Source: Sphaerodactylus townsendi (Eukaryota). Taken from it: a DNA stretch of 64,000 nucleotides. The position numbers and the translations under genes were made by a program. The notes beneath the pieces are model-generated. The model was not told the origin of the DNA. It searched no databases and saw only the letters and a list, made by a program, of their open reading frames with translations. Location of the stretch: the NCBI RefSeq assembly GCF_021028975.2, contig NC_059426.1, forward strand, positions 54,498,001-54,562,000. Direction: 5' to 3'. This document shows positions 1 through 13,442 of this stretch, piece after piece (the stretch's first letter is position 1; every line of letters begins with the position of its first letter).

Positions 1-167
1 AAAACAGGTTGCCTGGTGGTTGGAGCTTGGTTGGACCTGGCTTGATAAGTTCTTCCTCCAAGGAAGGAGGAGGAACAGGAGTAGAATGGTAGGCCAAAAT
101 AGCCCTGGAAAGGGTCCTCCACTTGCCTCTTACTGACAGAAGGTATGTGTGCATGTGTGTATGTGTA

Positions 168-424
168 TTAGATTTCAGATTTTTCTGGAAACCTGGGGCT
201 TTTTTCTGGTTTGTAGAAAAATCTATCTTGTCTGTTCATGGCTCCAGTCTCTGAACTTAAGGATCCACAGATGGGACCATGTTGATAATTAAATATATTG
301 ATGCTACCTATGTTTCCAAAGTTTATTTCAGGGATGATACAGCAACTGAATTTTTCATGAATCCCCTTTCGTTTTCCCATTTTTGAAGATTTCCTTATTG
401 GACCTTCATTTGTATACCAAGGTG
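168..424 (-). pseudogene. Candidate terminal exon of the RGS-like locus (APWYTNEG...GSINIFNYQHGPIC...EKSEI*)
   Basis: AG acceptor at 425-426, about 85 open codons ending in TAA at 168-170; only weak resemblance to an RGSL1-like C-terminus. Confidence 0.3.
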
Positions 425-799
425 CTAGATTAGCTTTTATTTAAAAGAGCTACATATAGTCTGCCAGTTGAGGATAATACTTTATGTGTCTGATAAAGTA
501 GACTCTAGTTCACAAAAAAAAATCTATACTTCAGTAACAATCCTAAACAGAGTTATACTCTTATAAATCCATTCAGTCAATGGACTTAGAAATGTGTAAC
601 TGTTTACAGTCTTTTTAGTTGTTGATATTGCAGCAGCCTAACACAGCTGCTCTTCAATATTTTAGTAGACAGGGGAAGCTACGAACATATTTTTAATTTT
701 GGCTTTTGATCTTATCTCATATGAATTACTGCTTGTAAAAAGCTTGAGAAATATATTCTACAGCCAACCAGAACAAATGAGCAACTGACTGGAAAACCA

Positions 800-1242
800 A
801 GACTGTTTGTAATCATTAGTTTACATCCAAAATGAAGAGATTTACAAATAGATTCCATGGGATTTTTGTTGATTCCAGTGCAGTTCAGTGCCATAAAAAT
901 GTATGTAGCTTGCCTTACATGCTTACTTGGATGGGATTTAATTCCAAATAGATGCAGCATAGGATTACCAAACCAGTTGAAACTAAATGATAACAACAAT
1001 GATGAAACACAAAAATGGATAGAATCTATACTAATTTTTATGAATGGCAGAAAACCAATATAAGAATGCAGGAAAAGATAAACATCTACAAAGAATTCAA
1101 TACACTGCAGATCTGGGCTGAAAATTAGAAATATAATGAAACAAAAATTCAATGAGCACAAAATTGGAGTGTTAACACTGAAGAGTCAAATGCAGAAATG
1201 AAGACTACCTACTAAACAGTCATTAGGAAAAATGAACGAAGG

Positions 1243-1277
<35 letters not shown>
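800..1277 (+). mobile_element. Old LINE 3' remnant (RTE-like) ending in an (ATT)n tail
   Basis: A-rich degraded coding-like sequence ending in (ATT)n at about 1243-1277. Confidence 0.35.
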
Positions 1278-1279
<2 letters not shown>

Positions 1280-1728
1280 TTATAAACCGATGAAAAAGAC
1301 TAACAAAAAACATCAGTCAACATGCGAACAAGAAACTGATCACTCTTCCATTTTGTTTTTCAGTCCATTTCAAATGGACAACCAAGTATGATGGCCTCCA
1401 TGAAGACACTGCTGATGTCTACTGTACAGCTACTATAGAACTACTATGGTTCCTCATTTCTTCTCTCCTCAAAATAGACATTAAGGATTATTATTCAATT
1501 GATGACTAATCAAGATCTAACCCAAATCACTTTCATTCTCTAGAACTGTTAATATAAATGACCAACTACAGTAATTTCTAACATTTAGTAATTATAAGAA
1601 ATCGTCTGATAAAACCATTGGTTTCCCTGAGCAGCAGTAAGGCACTGAGGGAAAAGGCTGAATCAGCAAGTATGTGCTAGCTAGAACATCCTACCACCAG
1701 CATAGTTAGCAGATACTCTCCCTAAAGG

Positions 1729-1920
1729 CAGTGGTGGGATCCAAAAATTTTAATAACAGGTTCCGATGGTGGTGGGATTCAAACAGTGGCACCACCGCAC
1801 ATACGCACCTCCAGTCCCTCTTGGGCAGGGAAGTTGCTTTAGTAACCCCTTCTCGGCACTCAGAAAAAATTAGTAACCACTTCTAGAGAAGTGGTGAGAA
1901 CTGGTTGGATCCCACCTCTG
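1729..1920 (+). mobile_element. hAT-type MITE
   Basis: TIR cagtggtgggatcc/ggatcccacctctg; perfect 8-bp TSD cctaaagg; same family as 58969-59160. Confidence 0.9.
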
Positions 1921-2543
1921 CCTAAAGGCACTTCTGTGCGTAACATTTCCACTTGCATGGCACCTTGTCACCTGGTATGGTAGGGTTTCTCAATTTCTAT
2001 GCAGGTGAGTTACCTGAGCGATCAATTGTGTGATCTGGAACTGAACTGTTAGGCACAAGAACAAATGTTTTTTTCTGATACCAGAAAGCAGACAGGCAAA
2101 ACCAGGAGAGGAGATGCAGAGACCTTCATTCCCCTCCCGTCAAGAAGAAAAAAACATATACACACCAAACCACTTCAGACCCAACAGGGCAATCATTTGG
2201 TCAGAGAAAGGGTTTTTTTCCCCATTTATAAGAGAAGATATTTGTATGTGTGGTGGTAATTTTGTTTAAAAATCCAGCATACAAGGAGAACTAAACCCTG
2301 CTCTACCTTCTGCCTTACTCCAATACTCAAAGCATATTTCATCTGTATTCTGGTGTCAAAAATAAGCCTGGCTAAAAGCAAAAAATGTTTCATCTATGGA
2401 GCACAAGGCACAAGGTTTATTCACACTTCTTTTATTTCGAAATAGACCCCTATCCCTGTTTAATATACTTAGGAATAAAATGAAAACTCACTCATACTCA
2501 GTTCCCAACTTCATGTGTCCTCTGTGCAAATAAGAAGTGTAGC

Positions 2544-3928
2544 CAGGGGCATAATGCCCATTGGGCAAAGTGAGCAGTTGCCCAGGGCACCCCCTTGTGG
2601 TAGGCACCAAAAATGCAGGGTTCGTTTGTGGGTTTTGGGGGGATTTTAGTGAGTTTTCCGTTTTTGGCCTGCAGGGGGCACAGTTTTTAGGCTAGCAGCA
2701 CCGAAATGTCAGGGATGTTTTGGGAAACTCTCCTAGAGCTATCACCCAGGTTTGGTGAGGTTTTGTTCAGGGAGTCCAAAGTTATGAGCTCCCAAAGGGG
2801 GTGCCCCATCCCCCATGGTTTCCAATGGGAGCTAATAGGAGATGGGGGCTACACCTTTGAGAGTCGATAACTTTGGGCCCCGGAACCAAACTTCACCAAA
2901 CCTGGGAGGTATCATCAGGATAGTCTCTTACTGATACCACCCAGGTTTTGTGAAGTTTGGTCCAGGGGGTCCAAAGTTATGGACTCCCAAAGGGGGTGCC
3001 CCATCACCCATTGTTTCCAATGGGAGCTAATAGAAGATGGGGGTTACACATTTGAGGGTCCATAACTTTGGATGCCCTGAACCAAACTTCACCAGACCTG
3101 GGTGGTATCATTAGGAGAGTCTTCTAAAGATACCCTGAAAGTTTGGTGCTGATAGCTTACCAATTGCAGCCCTGACAGCAGGCACCCTCCAAATTTCCCC
3201 AGATTTTCCTTTTAAATCCCCCCCCCCTTTGGCATGGATTTAAAGGGAGAATCTGAGGTCCCCAGTTTAAACATTGAAAGTGATGCTGTTTCAGGGTAGA
3301 GGAGAATCAACCCCAAAATAGCATTACTTTCAATGTTGTTTAAACAGGGAACCCAGATTCTCCCTTTAACATGGATTTAAAAGGAGAATCTGGGCTCCCT
3401 AGTTTAAACACCACTGAAAATGATGCTGTTTGGGGGTGGATTCCAGCATCACTTGTTTAAATATAAGGAGCCCAGATTCTCCTTTTAAATCCATGTTAAA
3501 GGGAGAATCTGGGGTTCCCAGTTTAAATAACATTGAAAATGATGCTGTTTCCCCCAATTGGGGGGACTGGATACAACACCATAAAATGTTTTCATAGCAG
3601 TAATAAAACATTTTGAAAGCATTTTGAAAATGTTAAAAAACTTATTTCTGCTGTGTAGCATGGCCTATTGCTGTGTTCAGATTTGTGAATTGGGGAATGT
3701 TCTGTAATGTAATGGTGACTTTGAAACGATCTGGTGTAAAAAATAATTGCTTGGTCATGGTGGGGGAGGGCGGCTGCCCATGTGGGAGACACCAAACTCC
3801 AGTTTGCCTAGATATGCCACTGGGCGTGGCTACAAGGGGCCAGGGGGTGTGTATTGCACCAGGCACGTGCCTGGGGGCATCAAACTCAGGTTTTGCCCAG
3901 GGCTCCAGTTTGCCTAGTTACGCCACTG
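2544..3928. mobile_element. Non-autonomous hAT-like element with internal 195-bp palindromic tandem units
   Basis: TIR caggggcataa/ttacgccactg; 8-bp TSD agtgtagc (2536-2543, 3929-3936). Confidence 0.85.
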
Positions 3929-4289
3929 AGTGTAGCTGCCTATAAAATGGATATGTTTTCTCTTATCTGTTTGAAATTTGACATAGAAAATCTCTTGGAT
4001 GAGGCATAAAAGCCCTAGAAATGACACCTCAAGCCACAGTCCCTAACTGTATCATAAGTTGAAAACAAAAACGAAGTGGTTTCCCATTGAAACTAATGGA
4101 AGAAAAAATTCCATACATCTAACCAGCAAAATATACAGATATCAAATTTCTAAAATCAACCTGGTTATGAAAATGAAGTAGGTTTGCAGAAAAGTCCCTT
4201 TTTAGGAAAGGAAGTCTAAATGTGGGCAGAGAATTCCACAAGAACCATGCCTGTGATGTCTATGCATTTGCAGACATCACAAAAAAAGG

Positions 4290-4558
4290 GAAGAAGAATT
4301 TGGATTTATACCCCACTTTTCTCAACCACAAGGATTCTCAAAGTGGCTTACAAGCTCCTTCCTTCTTCTTACTACAACAGACACCTTGTGAGATAGGTGG
4401 GACTGAGTTCTGAGAGCACTGTGACTGGCTCAAAGTCACTCATAAGGCTTCATGTGTAAGAGTGGAGAAGCACATCCAGTTCACTGCTAGTGTGTGGGGG
4501 TGGGGGTGGAGAATCAATGTAATCTCCAGATTATAGTCCACAATTCCTAATCACTTCA
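4290..4558 (-). mobile_element. tRNA-head squamate SINE, degraded
   Basis: Homologous to the SINE at 36518-36807. Confidence 0.7.
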
Positions 4559-4583
4559 AAATGGGATTTCAGTGAGTCTTAGC

Positions 4584-4698
4584 ATGTCCCACACTTGTAA
4601 AACTAACCATTTACTTTGCCACTGGATTCCTAAGGTAAAGGAAATGGAGGAGATGTTCACAAAATTGAGTCAATGTATATGAGATTTTTTATTTACCG

Positions 4699-4757
<59 letters not shown>

Positions 4758-4863
4758 TGTAATCTCATGTACATTGACTCAATTTTGTGAACATCTTCTC
4801 CATTTGCTTTACCTTAGGAATCCAGTGGCAAAGTAAATGGTTAGTTTTACAAGTGTGGGACAT
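4584..4863. repeat. 103-bp inverted repeat (4584-4686 / 4761-4863) enclosing (TG)n
   Basis: Arms are near-perfect reverse complements; (TG)n at about 4700-4754. Confidence 0.92.
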
Positions 4864-5289
4864 ATATATATTGGAACCTTAGTGGAACCTTGGTGGAAAA
4901 GTGAAATACAGCTTTTCAAAAGTATTACAGGATAGTTACTGACAATCACAGGCTTCTGAAATAGTGTCCCATGTGGAGAAAATAATTACATTATTAGCAG
5001 TTTCCATAATATTCCAATTGAATAGATGACTGAAGCTACCGGTATCAAAAGTACCAGAGAAATGCAATAAACTGAGGGGAGGGGCAGGAGAGGGAGTCAT
5101 TCTTCCTTAACTATTTCATAGTTTTCCATCAATAAAAGTATAAGGAAGAAATCTCATGGGGATGAGAAATTTCTAGGTGATTTTTAAAAAGCTTAATGCC
5201 CCTCATTTTGCCCAAAGAACGTTACTTTATTAGTTTAGCTATTGAATGATTGTTAGAGGTGAAAGGTATGGTACAGAAATGAATCCATG

Positions 5290-5583
5290 TAATTTTTTCT
5301 TCAAGAAAAAACTAGCTTAATAACACGCAGATGTAATGTATGAGCAGACACAAGCAGCGACTTCAGAATAATGATTTTGCGTCAACCTCTGACAAGATAA
5401 AGATATGGTGGGAAGATTATATTTCACAGTATGCATTGGCTTCTGTTAACTGGATCTCATGAAATTGTGTCAGCTACATTCTGTTCTTTCCCTCTACACC
5501 AGTCTGTCACTACAGAATGAAAGTGCAGATTTTTGCTTATTTGTTCTAGACAGTGAGTCTGTGACAAATACAACCTTTCTGTA
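5290..5583 (-). pseudogene. Candidate degraded exon (EYRKVVFVTDSLSRTNKQKSALSFCSD...; SEVDAKSLF*)
   Basis: AG acceptor and RGS-like fragments in shifting frames with stops; donor not identified. Confidence 0.25.
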
Positions 5584-5764
5584 TTCTTTAGCATAAAAAT
5601 GAAATGATGTACTGAAGTTGAAATGCAAATAAAAAGAAAACAATAACAATAACAATAACAAAGAGTACATGATAGGGGCCTTAATCACGCACCACATGAT
5701 CCAATGTTAGGGAATTTAACATCTATTGGTTTCAACTGGAAGAACATCAATACATTCAAACTAT

Positions 5765-6290
5765 GGCCGCTTCCGCACGGGCATTTTATGGCGCCCTGGG
5801 GACGGCAAAAACGCCGTCCCCAGGGAGCCATTCGCACAGGGGGCGCAGCTGCTGCGCAGTCGCGCCGCCCTCACGTCGCCCAACCGGCGCGAAGCCAGCA
5901 TTTCCCAACCTCGCTCGGGGAGTGAGGTTGTTGGGAAATGCCGCCTTGGAGCTGCTGCCGTGCAAACGGTAGCGGCTCCAAGGCGCCCTCCCACTCCCAC
6001 TCCCAACCTTCACTTACCTGGTCCCCGGCCCTCCAGCGCATCGCCGAGGCCTGGGAACATGCCCCCTGCCCTGCGACGCTCAAGCAGGCACGCAGGGCCA
6101 GGGGGGCGTGTCTCCAGGCCTCGGCGACGTGCCGGAGGGCCAGGGACAAGCCGGGTCGGCCGGGCGACGGTGCTCCACGGCGCCGTCGTCCCAGCCAGTT
6201 CTGGGACCGTCCATGCGGACGGTCCCAGCGGCGTCAGGTCGGCGTAGAGTACACCGACCCAAGCCCTTCCGCCTCCGTGTGGAAGCGGCC
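5765..6290. mobile_element. GC-rich PIF/Harbinger-type MITE
   Basis: TIR ggccgcttccgcacgg/ccgtgtggaagcggcc; 3-bp TSD TAT. Confidence 0.85.
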
Positions 6291-6393
6291 TATGAGAAAA
6301 AAGATCTATATGATTAGCCTTACCCACATAGTTGCATTCATATATGCACCACAGCAATGTGGACAACACTCATACGAAACAGCTTTCACATGA

Positions 6394-6440
6394 CTCTCTG
6401 TCTCTCTCTCTGTCTCTCTCTGTCTCTGTCTCTCTCTCTC
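6394..6440. repeat. (TC)n/(TCTG) microsatellite
   Basis: Directly visible. Confidence 0.9.
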
Positions 6441-9157
6441 TTTGTGCTGTATTTTTAAAAAAATCTAAATGGTGTTCATGTTGTTACCCAAAGTGGTAGG
6501 AAGTCTCTCCCTTTTAGAGTGGGGCATTAGCAGGAGCAGACTCTTGGCTAGCAAAAGATCGAGTATGCTCAGAAACTTGATTACGTATTTATACGAGAAT
6601 CAGCTTTTGCAAGAAACTTGCAGGAGAGCAAATAAAGTTTAACAATTTTTATTAAGAGATAATGGGGGTTTACAAGCATACAATAAAAGCAGCAGAACAC
6701 ACCCACAGTCCTAAAATATAGACAGTTTTGAGGAGATAGGCCTGGAATAGATGAGAAATGTATGAACTATTTAAATGGGAAAAGATGGAGAAATGTTTCT
6801 GTGAGCACTAGGACAGAGTGAAAGCTTGATTGACATGGTACAGTGAACTTATCATTTCATCAGCTGTTGTGACATGTATTACATTCACTTGATAAGGCAA
6901 GGCTCTCCATGGGAGAACTGCATCTATGACAGCCATTTCTCAAGTATTATTATGTAATATTCTCAGGAACTACACAATAAATATGACTGCCTGGCTCAGC
7001 TTTGCTACTCACCCCATGTCATACCCACAGGGCACTTGTTCCAATTCCACACAGCAAGAAATAGGGAAAGGGAAACCCAAAACTGAAATTATGGTTTCAA
7101 AATAGAAATTAAGGTATTATCCGCACAATTCATGAATGGTACACACCTTGCAGGGGGGGTGGGATATGATCACCCTTCAAACTTATCCAGTGCCTCCTTT
7201 CTGGCAAATAAGATGTCTCATATGATCACCTCCATGAATTGCTGACAATTCAAAATGATTAGTATTTCGTATAACTTTGCACCTGCTCATCCTTTCAGTT
7301 TACTGGTTTGCTTGGATTGCCAGGGTGGTCGCTGTCAAACCTGCATCTTTGAAAGTTAACCATATGAGTTAATGCACTGACCTTGCACCTGCACAGTCAG
7401 CAGCATCAATTATTCAGGAGCATTCATTGTGTTCACTCATGATCAGACCCAAACTACAGTTGCCAGGCCGCAGTGTGGATATGCACAGATCCAATTAATA
7501 CAAACAAACATGCTTGGCTTTGGAAGCCAGGCAAGAAGGCAAAATGGGCAAGGCCAAAACAGAGATAAACCATGCGGTGGGAAAAAAACAGCATGAGAAA
7601 TAGCAAGCCCAAAACAGTTCTGATCTTCTTTTGAACACTGACAAACATTTGTTTAAGGTTCAATGGATTCTGCTCGAAGTTAGTAAAGAAATTGTGATCA
7701 GAGCAGAAAATAATAAGCCAAATGAGAATAACTTCTGGTTACATGGATGACATTCATTTTCCAATATAATTATATTTCCAGCCTACCTAGAGCAGCATGA
7801 GATGGAATATAAAGTTGTTTGTAATACAGGTGTTTCCTCATTGCGAAGTTCAATTTTTGTCCCTAAGGCTCCATTCCAGTTCTGAATGGCAGGATTTAAG
7901 GAGCAGGTGCAAAGTTTATGCTTGTACCCTTTCCCCTAAAGGCTTAGTTCTGTTTACAATTTGTCCTTATTCAATTGCATTGTCTCTGCTGTTACTAGAG
8001 TCACAGCAGCTTCTCTTTAAACAAATCTTCCATTGTATTTCTCAGTAGATCAAAACCTTTTATTTAAAAAAATTATAAAACTAGAAACAGATCAAATCAA
8101 AGAAAATAAATGGGTAGTGAGGGAAATATAAACTAAAAGTAATAACCAAGCCATTGCTCATGTGAAACAATACCGAATTTCTTCCTTTGTGCTCAGAAAA
8201 AATGCTGCATTTTAACTGTCATTCATTTTCTAATTAGTTGAGCTCATAAATACTGTAACACTCATTTTGTTCAGAAGCTGGAAATAATGAATAGTCAAAA
8301 ACAGGTTTTAACAAAGAAAATGCTCCAGCAGAATTAGACAGAAATTAAATTTATCTGAAAATGTCTTCAATTTGGAATGTGAGCCTTGAATAACACAATG
8401 TGGGGTTTTTTGGGTCTACTACAGTAATTCCATCTTACTTCATTACATCCTGGTGCATCTTGATTTTTCATATGTTCATATAAAAGATAACATTTTAAAA
8501 GTTGCAGGGAAATGCTCCCAAATGTATACCAATTGACAGATGCAGTAAACTTGATTTATGTGCATTGGAATTGCCAGGTCTATAGACAATGATGGTGCCT
8601 ATACTGCTAAATTATCCAGTGGCCCAAGCGAGGACATAGCTTTTGTAACTCCCGGACCACTGAGACAGGAAGTGTGATGCAGAGCTTTACCATGCTGAGC
8701 CAAGACTGGGTCCAAATCCATACTCTGCCATGTAGCATTCTGGGTGCCCTTAGGGAACTCTTGAATTCTCAGATTAATTTACTTCACAAGTTTGTGAGGA
8801 GGAGACTTATGTAAGCAACCCTAAACTTCTTGGGAAAAGGACAGAATAAAAAAATGATGCATTGGTTTCTTCACATATCATTCTTCCCCTTTACTGTGAA
8901 GGAAGAGTCCCACTAGACAAAGCAGTTTATAAATAATCTAAATAAAGGAGGACAGGCAGATTTATGGAGCAATGGACTGAAATCCATAGTGCTTACACTC
9001 TCTTGCTTACTGTCTCTTTTGGTGCCTTGGAAGATTTAAAACGACTTAGGTCTATGAGAATGGATGTTATGTACCTTGCAGGAATGCTGGCCTTTCAATG
9101 GTGCAAATAATGTGTGCTTCTGCTGCCCCAGATTTCAACTGCCAAAAATGGTGCAAG

Positions 9158-9801
9158 TGTAACCCATGCCATTGTAGTATTTTTTGGTTTTGTTGGATCT
9201 TAGGGCCCAGGGGATAAAAGCTCACTGAGCATGTGCAGTTGGTAAGCTTGCTTACTTATTACCAACTGCAAGAGCCCCACCCTCCTCAATTGATCTGGCT
9301 TGCAGTAGGAGAAGGAAGGCCTACAGCTTAATTGAGGGAATGACTTATTTTTTTACAGGTATGTGTTGGCCCCACTAAGAAAGGAAAATATATTAGAATT
9401 TCCCCAATGTCATGGAAATATTAGGTTGTTAACTATGTAACCCTCCTGAATCGATCTGGCCTGCAGTAGGAGAAGGAAGGCCTACAGCTTAATTGAGGGA
9501 ATGCAGATGCAGAAGACCAGATGAGAGAAAGAAGCCCTGCTTGATTAATAGTTTGGACTTTCTTGCTATTCTGTCATTACTGGACACTGTTAGTGGTGGT
9601 AACTGTTCTGAGTGCTTTTTTTCTTTAAAAGCACTGAAGATTTTGTTCAATTGCGTTGTGCTGCATATATATATATATATGTTCACTAATATGTTCACTA
9701 TTATTTATCCTTAAAGGATAGAAAGTTGTGTTAAAGATTAAAGGTTTGTTGATTTGTTCAAGCAATTTCATATTTGTTTGTTAAGCCACAGGGTGCTGTC
9801 A
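9158..9801. mobile_element. Possible solo LTR with an internal ~50-bp duplication (9291-9342 / 9453-9503)
   Basis: TG...CA ends, ATTAAA near the 3' end, duplicated gatctggc..aattgagggaatg block; no TSD confirmed. Confidence 0.35.
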
Positions 9802-10769
9802 TATATTATTTCCTAGGTCTCCAATGGAGATGGATGTGGCCAAGGATAAGTAGGTTACACAAGGAAACTGGAGCACCTCCTGCCTTCATGCTGTTGTCCT
9901 GATCAAAACGAGGGTCATCTGGGTTTTTGACACACAAGTTGCCATTGAGGCTTGCAGCTGCACCTATGACTGCCATTTCTTATGGTGAACTCATGAAAAA
10001 TGTAACGTCTACTTGGCGTCTAATCTGCACAAATTCAAATGTTCAGTGCTTTTACATAAGCAAATGTTGAGCTAAAGAAAACTTGTCATTAAATAAAGCT
10101 ACACTAAACTTGGGTTGGATAAAAGCTGCACAGTGAAACAAGGGCTTTGAGATATTTAATGAAGAATTGGCAATATTACTATTACAAGAAGCTGATACAT
10201 ACCAGTACATAAAAACAAGCTAGCTCATTTAAAGTGCAACCAAGATATTGAAAGTCATGCAAAGCAACCAACCCCTATATAAATGTTCAAGTGCCATGTA
10301 TGTGATATTTAATTATCCATCCACCAGGAGAATAGGGATGATGAAACACCTGACATTTGGGTTCATATCCTGTTCACCAGGTGCAGTTATGCAGCACATT
10401 AATTGTGGACTATTCTACTTATAGCAACCTGTTCATATCTATTCACATGAGCAGGCTACTTGCAGTTATCCAGTTCTGATCTTCTGCTAGAGAGTTTTTG
10501 CTCTGTACTCAGCAATTTTAAGGGGAGATCAGGAAACTTTGCTGCATCCCAGACTTTCCAAGGAAAGGGGTCAGAAACATTTTTTCCATACAGATTAGCA
10601 TTGCCTACTCTGGCAGTGACTTTCTAAGGCATTGGAAGGGGGAATGTCTGAACAGGAGCTCCCAAAAATCATAACATCTGAGCATAGAAATCTGCATGCA
10701 AACCATGTACACTTCCCACATCTATCTCAAAACATATTACATGACAGTAAAATTCACTGAGCCCTGTCT

Positions 10770-10956
10770 GGGATAGCCCAGGCTATCCTAATCTTGTTAG
10801 ATCTCAGAAGCCAAGCAGGGGCAACTTAGGCAAGACAGGAGTCCTCCAAGGAATACCCAGGGTATATGATGCCAAAGTAGGCAATGGCAAACCAGTTAGT
10901 CTCTTGCCTTGAAAACCCCACCAGGGTTCACAAAAAGTCAGGTGAGCCTTGACAGT
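10770..10956 (+). mobile_element. 5S rRNA-head SINE with Bov-B/Sauria-like tail
   Basis: agatctcagaagccaagcagg (5S-like) followed by gcaatggcaaacca..tcttgccttgaaaacccc tail. Confidence 0.7.
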
Positions 10957-12689
10957 TTAAAAAAAAATTCCACTCAGCTCAGAAGACTTCCATGTAATGT
11001 GTGCTCATGTAGCAGATCAGGAAGTGATTTTGCCTCCAGTGTATATAATTTCAAGGAGGAGATTAACTACCCTGACTACCCTGTCCTCCTGAAGTTGAAA
11101 GCCTTCAGAAGAAACAAATGGGCCTCTCCAATTTACCCATTAATATGGTTCATTAATATTATCAGTGCACACAGAATGTATACTTGGTGCTCATTAAACT
11201 GTTTTACAAAATCAAGAAACCAAACAGTCAAGCAATTATATAGCACTGTCATTCACCTAGAATTACCCATGCTGCCGATGGAAAACTTCTCAGGAGCCCA
11301 GAATACAAGTACAAGACACTCCATTTTCCCTTTCAATTAAATGGAAAAGCAGTAGGGAGTCTCCAATACTGCCACAGAGAAGCTAGCATCTCATATGGTC
11401 AGCACAGTATGTAATTAGTGAAGAGTATTACTTTAGGGTGTATTTTTTCAGCATGTTGCAAAGGGAATTAGTTATTCACAGCTTTCAATATACCATCAAG
11501 CCTAATTGGGGAGAAGGCTTCATGGAAGTTTCACCAGTTGCATCTGGATAGTAAATCACGAAAATGAGAATTTGCAGTTTCACTATCCTGACTTTCTTTC
11601 AGTCCAGGCTTTCTGATAAATAATGCTAGTTCAGAGGGTAGGGAATAAAAACAAATGTCTATGAACACACCAGAGACCTTGGCTATGCTGTGGTGATTTA
11701 CAGAAGGACTAGGGTGTCTCTGAAGAGCCTGAAATGTTTATAGACAAAGCAGCAACCAAGCACTCTGTTTTTCTGAGGCAGCATCAGTTATAGTTACATG
11801 ACCTCCGCTGTGGTCAAATGTTGCATTGATCTGTTATTTTCATGATTTCACAGTCCAAAATAAAAAAGAGTATGTAAATGACCATATAAAAAGCAGAGGA
11901 AGGGATAGGGAAGCAAGGTATGTTGCTAGTGACTGGTCAGGACATGGTGTGGTGTTGCGGGGCTTGGATAGGAAAAAATGGCACCCAAACTGGTCGTGCT
12001 GTAATCCTCTTCTGACAAGATGTCAAGCTCCCATCAAGTCTGTACTTTCACCTGCTTACATGCCACTGAAGACAATGAAATTTAAACAGTGTGAACTGAA
12101 CAAGTGAGTAGCTGTTCTGCAAACACTATGGATAAAGAGATGTCACAAGAAATTGTGTTCATTCCTGAGACAGGAACCAAAATTTGGAAATGACTGCACT
12201 AATGGAGACTAGTAGCATGCAGGAAAGGTGTCAAGTATTTCGTATTCATGACTACTTTAGCTGTTATGAACCATGTTTCTTAATTCAGGAATCAAACCTC
12301 AGCATATTGATTTCCTAGAATCACTGGTCTCTTGGTTGGCACTGTCATAGAGGGTTGTAATACACACCCATGTTCTCTATCCCATCTCTAATGCCTTCCT
12401 AAAACAATTGTGGACATTCCACAGATTTTTATTTTGAGAATAGCATCAATTTACTTCCCTAGGAAAATGGAATTGTCATGAACCTTCCCAGTATGGGTCC
12501 ATAGTGCCTGTGCACTGAGGGATCGACAAAAGCACTGCCTCTCAGAAACTGGTCACACACAAGCAGCGTGGCAGGGCAGAGCAAGGAGTGGGAATGCACC
12601 TCTCATCTTTCCACTTATCCTGCCTGTTCTGGTTCAGTCAAGTTTACATAAATTCTATGGTCATAATTTGGCAGATTTTATTGTTATTC

Positions 12690-13150
12690 ATTTTATTTTA
12701 CCTAAAGAGTTTTAATACTATATATCATCCTAACGTTGAGTCTCCAAGTTGGTGAACAATCAGAAACATTAAAACCAGCTTTTAAACACAAGACAATAAA
12801 AACAATTCAATAAAACAAACACATACTCACGGAAATGGGAAGGAGAGTCAATGGGGCCTAGTTAGAGAACATCAAACAAAAATCTTTGCCATCTGGTAGG
12901 CAGAAAACAATGATAAAGGGGGACAGATAATGCACCCTCAAAAGGGAATTGCAAAATTTTGATGCTACTACCAAGAAGGCTCTCTTTTTGAGTTGCTACC
13001 CATCTAATTCAAACAGCAGGAGCCTTTGCATCAGGACCCCCAAAGATGACCCCAGTGCTCAAGTATATTCAAACATTGGTAGGTGGTCTTTAAGCTATGC
13101 TGGCCTCAAGCAGCATAGGGCTTAAAGGTCAATGCCAACAACTTGGAAAC
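12690..13150 (-). mobile_element. Old L2-like LINE 3' remnant, interrupted by the Penelope-like insertion
   Basis: Degraded motifs (gggaattgcaaaatttt..accaagaaggctct, gggcttaaaggtcaatgccaac) characteristic of squamate L2 3' ends. Confidence 0.4.
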
Positions 13151-13213
13151 AATCTGGTAATTGGGGTGTTGTGTGGTTTCCAGGCTGTATAACTGTGTTC
13201 TAGTAGCATTTTC

Positions 13214-13256
13214 TCCTGACATTTCGCCTGCATCTGTGGCTGGCATCTTCAGAGGA
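13214..13256 (-). ncRNA. Minimal hammerhead ribozyme motif (PLE-type)
   Basis: UCCU-CUGAAGA-UGCC(loop)GGC-GAAA-U-GUC-AGGA: stem I, core, stem II, GAAA, minimal stem III, GUC site. Confidence 0.7.
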
Positions 13257-13399
13257 TCTGATGGTAGTAAAGCAAGTGAAGTATATATACCTGTGGAATG
13301 TCCAGGGTGGGAGAAAGAACTATTTTCCTGTTAACAAGTGTAAAGGGTGCAATTAGCAAGCTTGATTTGCATGTGTTGGGTGGGATCCACCCATTTAGA

Positions 13400-13442
13400 T
13401 TATCTGAAGATGCCAGCCACAGATGCGGGTGAAACGTCAGGA
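13400..13442 (+). ncRNA. Minimal hammerhead ribozyme motif with truncated stem I
   Basis: CUGAAGA (13404-10)-UGCC..GGU-GAAA (13431-34)-CGUC-AGGA; 5' stem I strand replaced by UUAU. Confidence 0.6.

Noticed and set aside
488-520. ctgataaagtagactctagttcacaaaa resembling a Penelope-type hammerhead
   Set aside because: Core boxes are mutated (no CUGANGA or GAAA); too degenerate to call
2746-3560. CRISPR-like or satellite array
   Set aside because: Eukaryotic context; the units are ~195-bp palindromic modules inside a TSD-flanked transposon with no unique spacers
5704-6393. Many overlapping long ORFs suggesting a GC-rich first exon
   Set aside because: They coincide with a TIR/TSD-bounded MITE, and the peptides are low-complexity R/P/A/G products of GC richness
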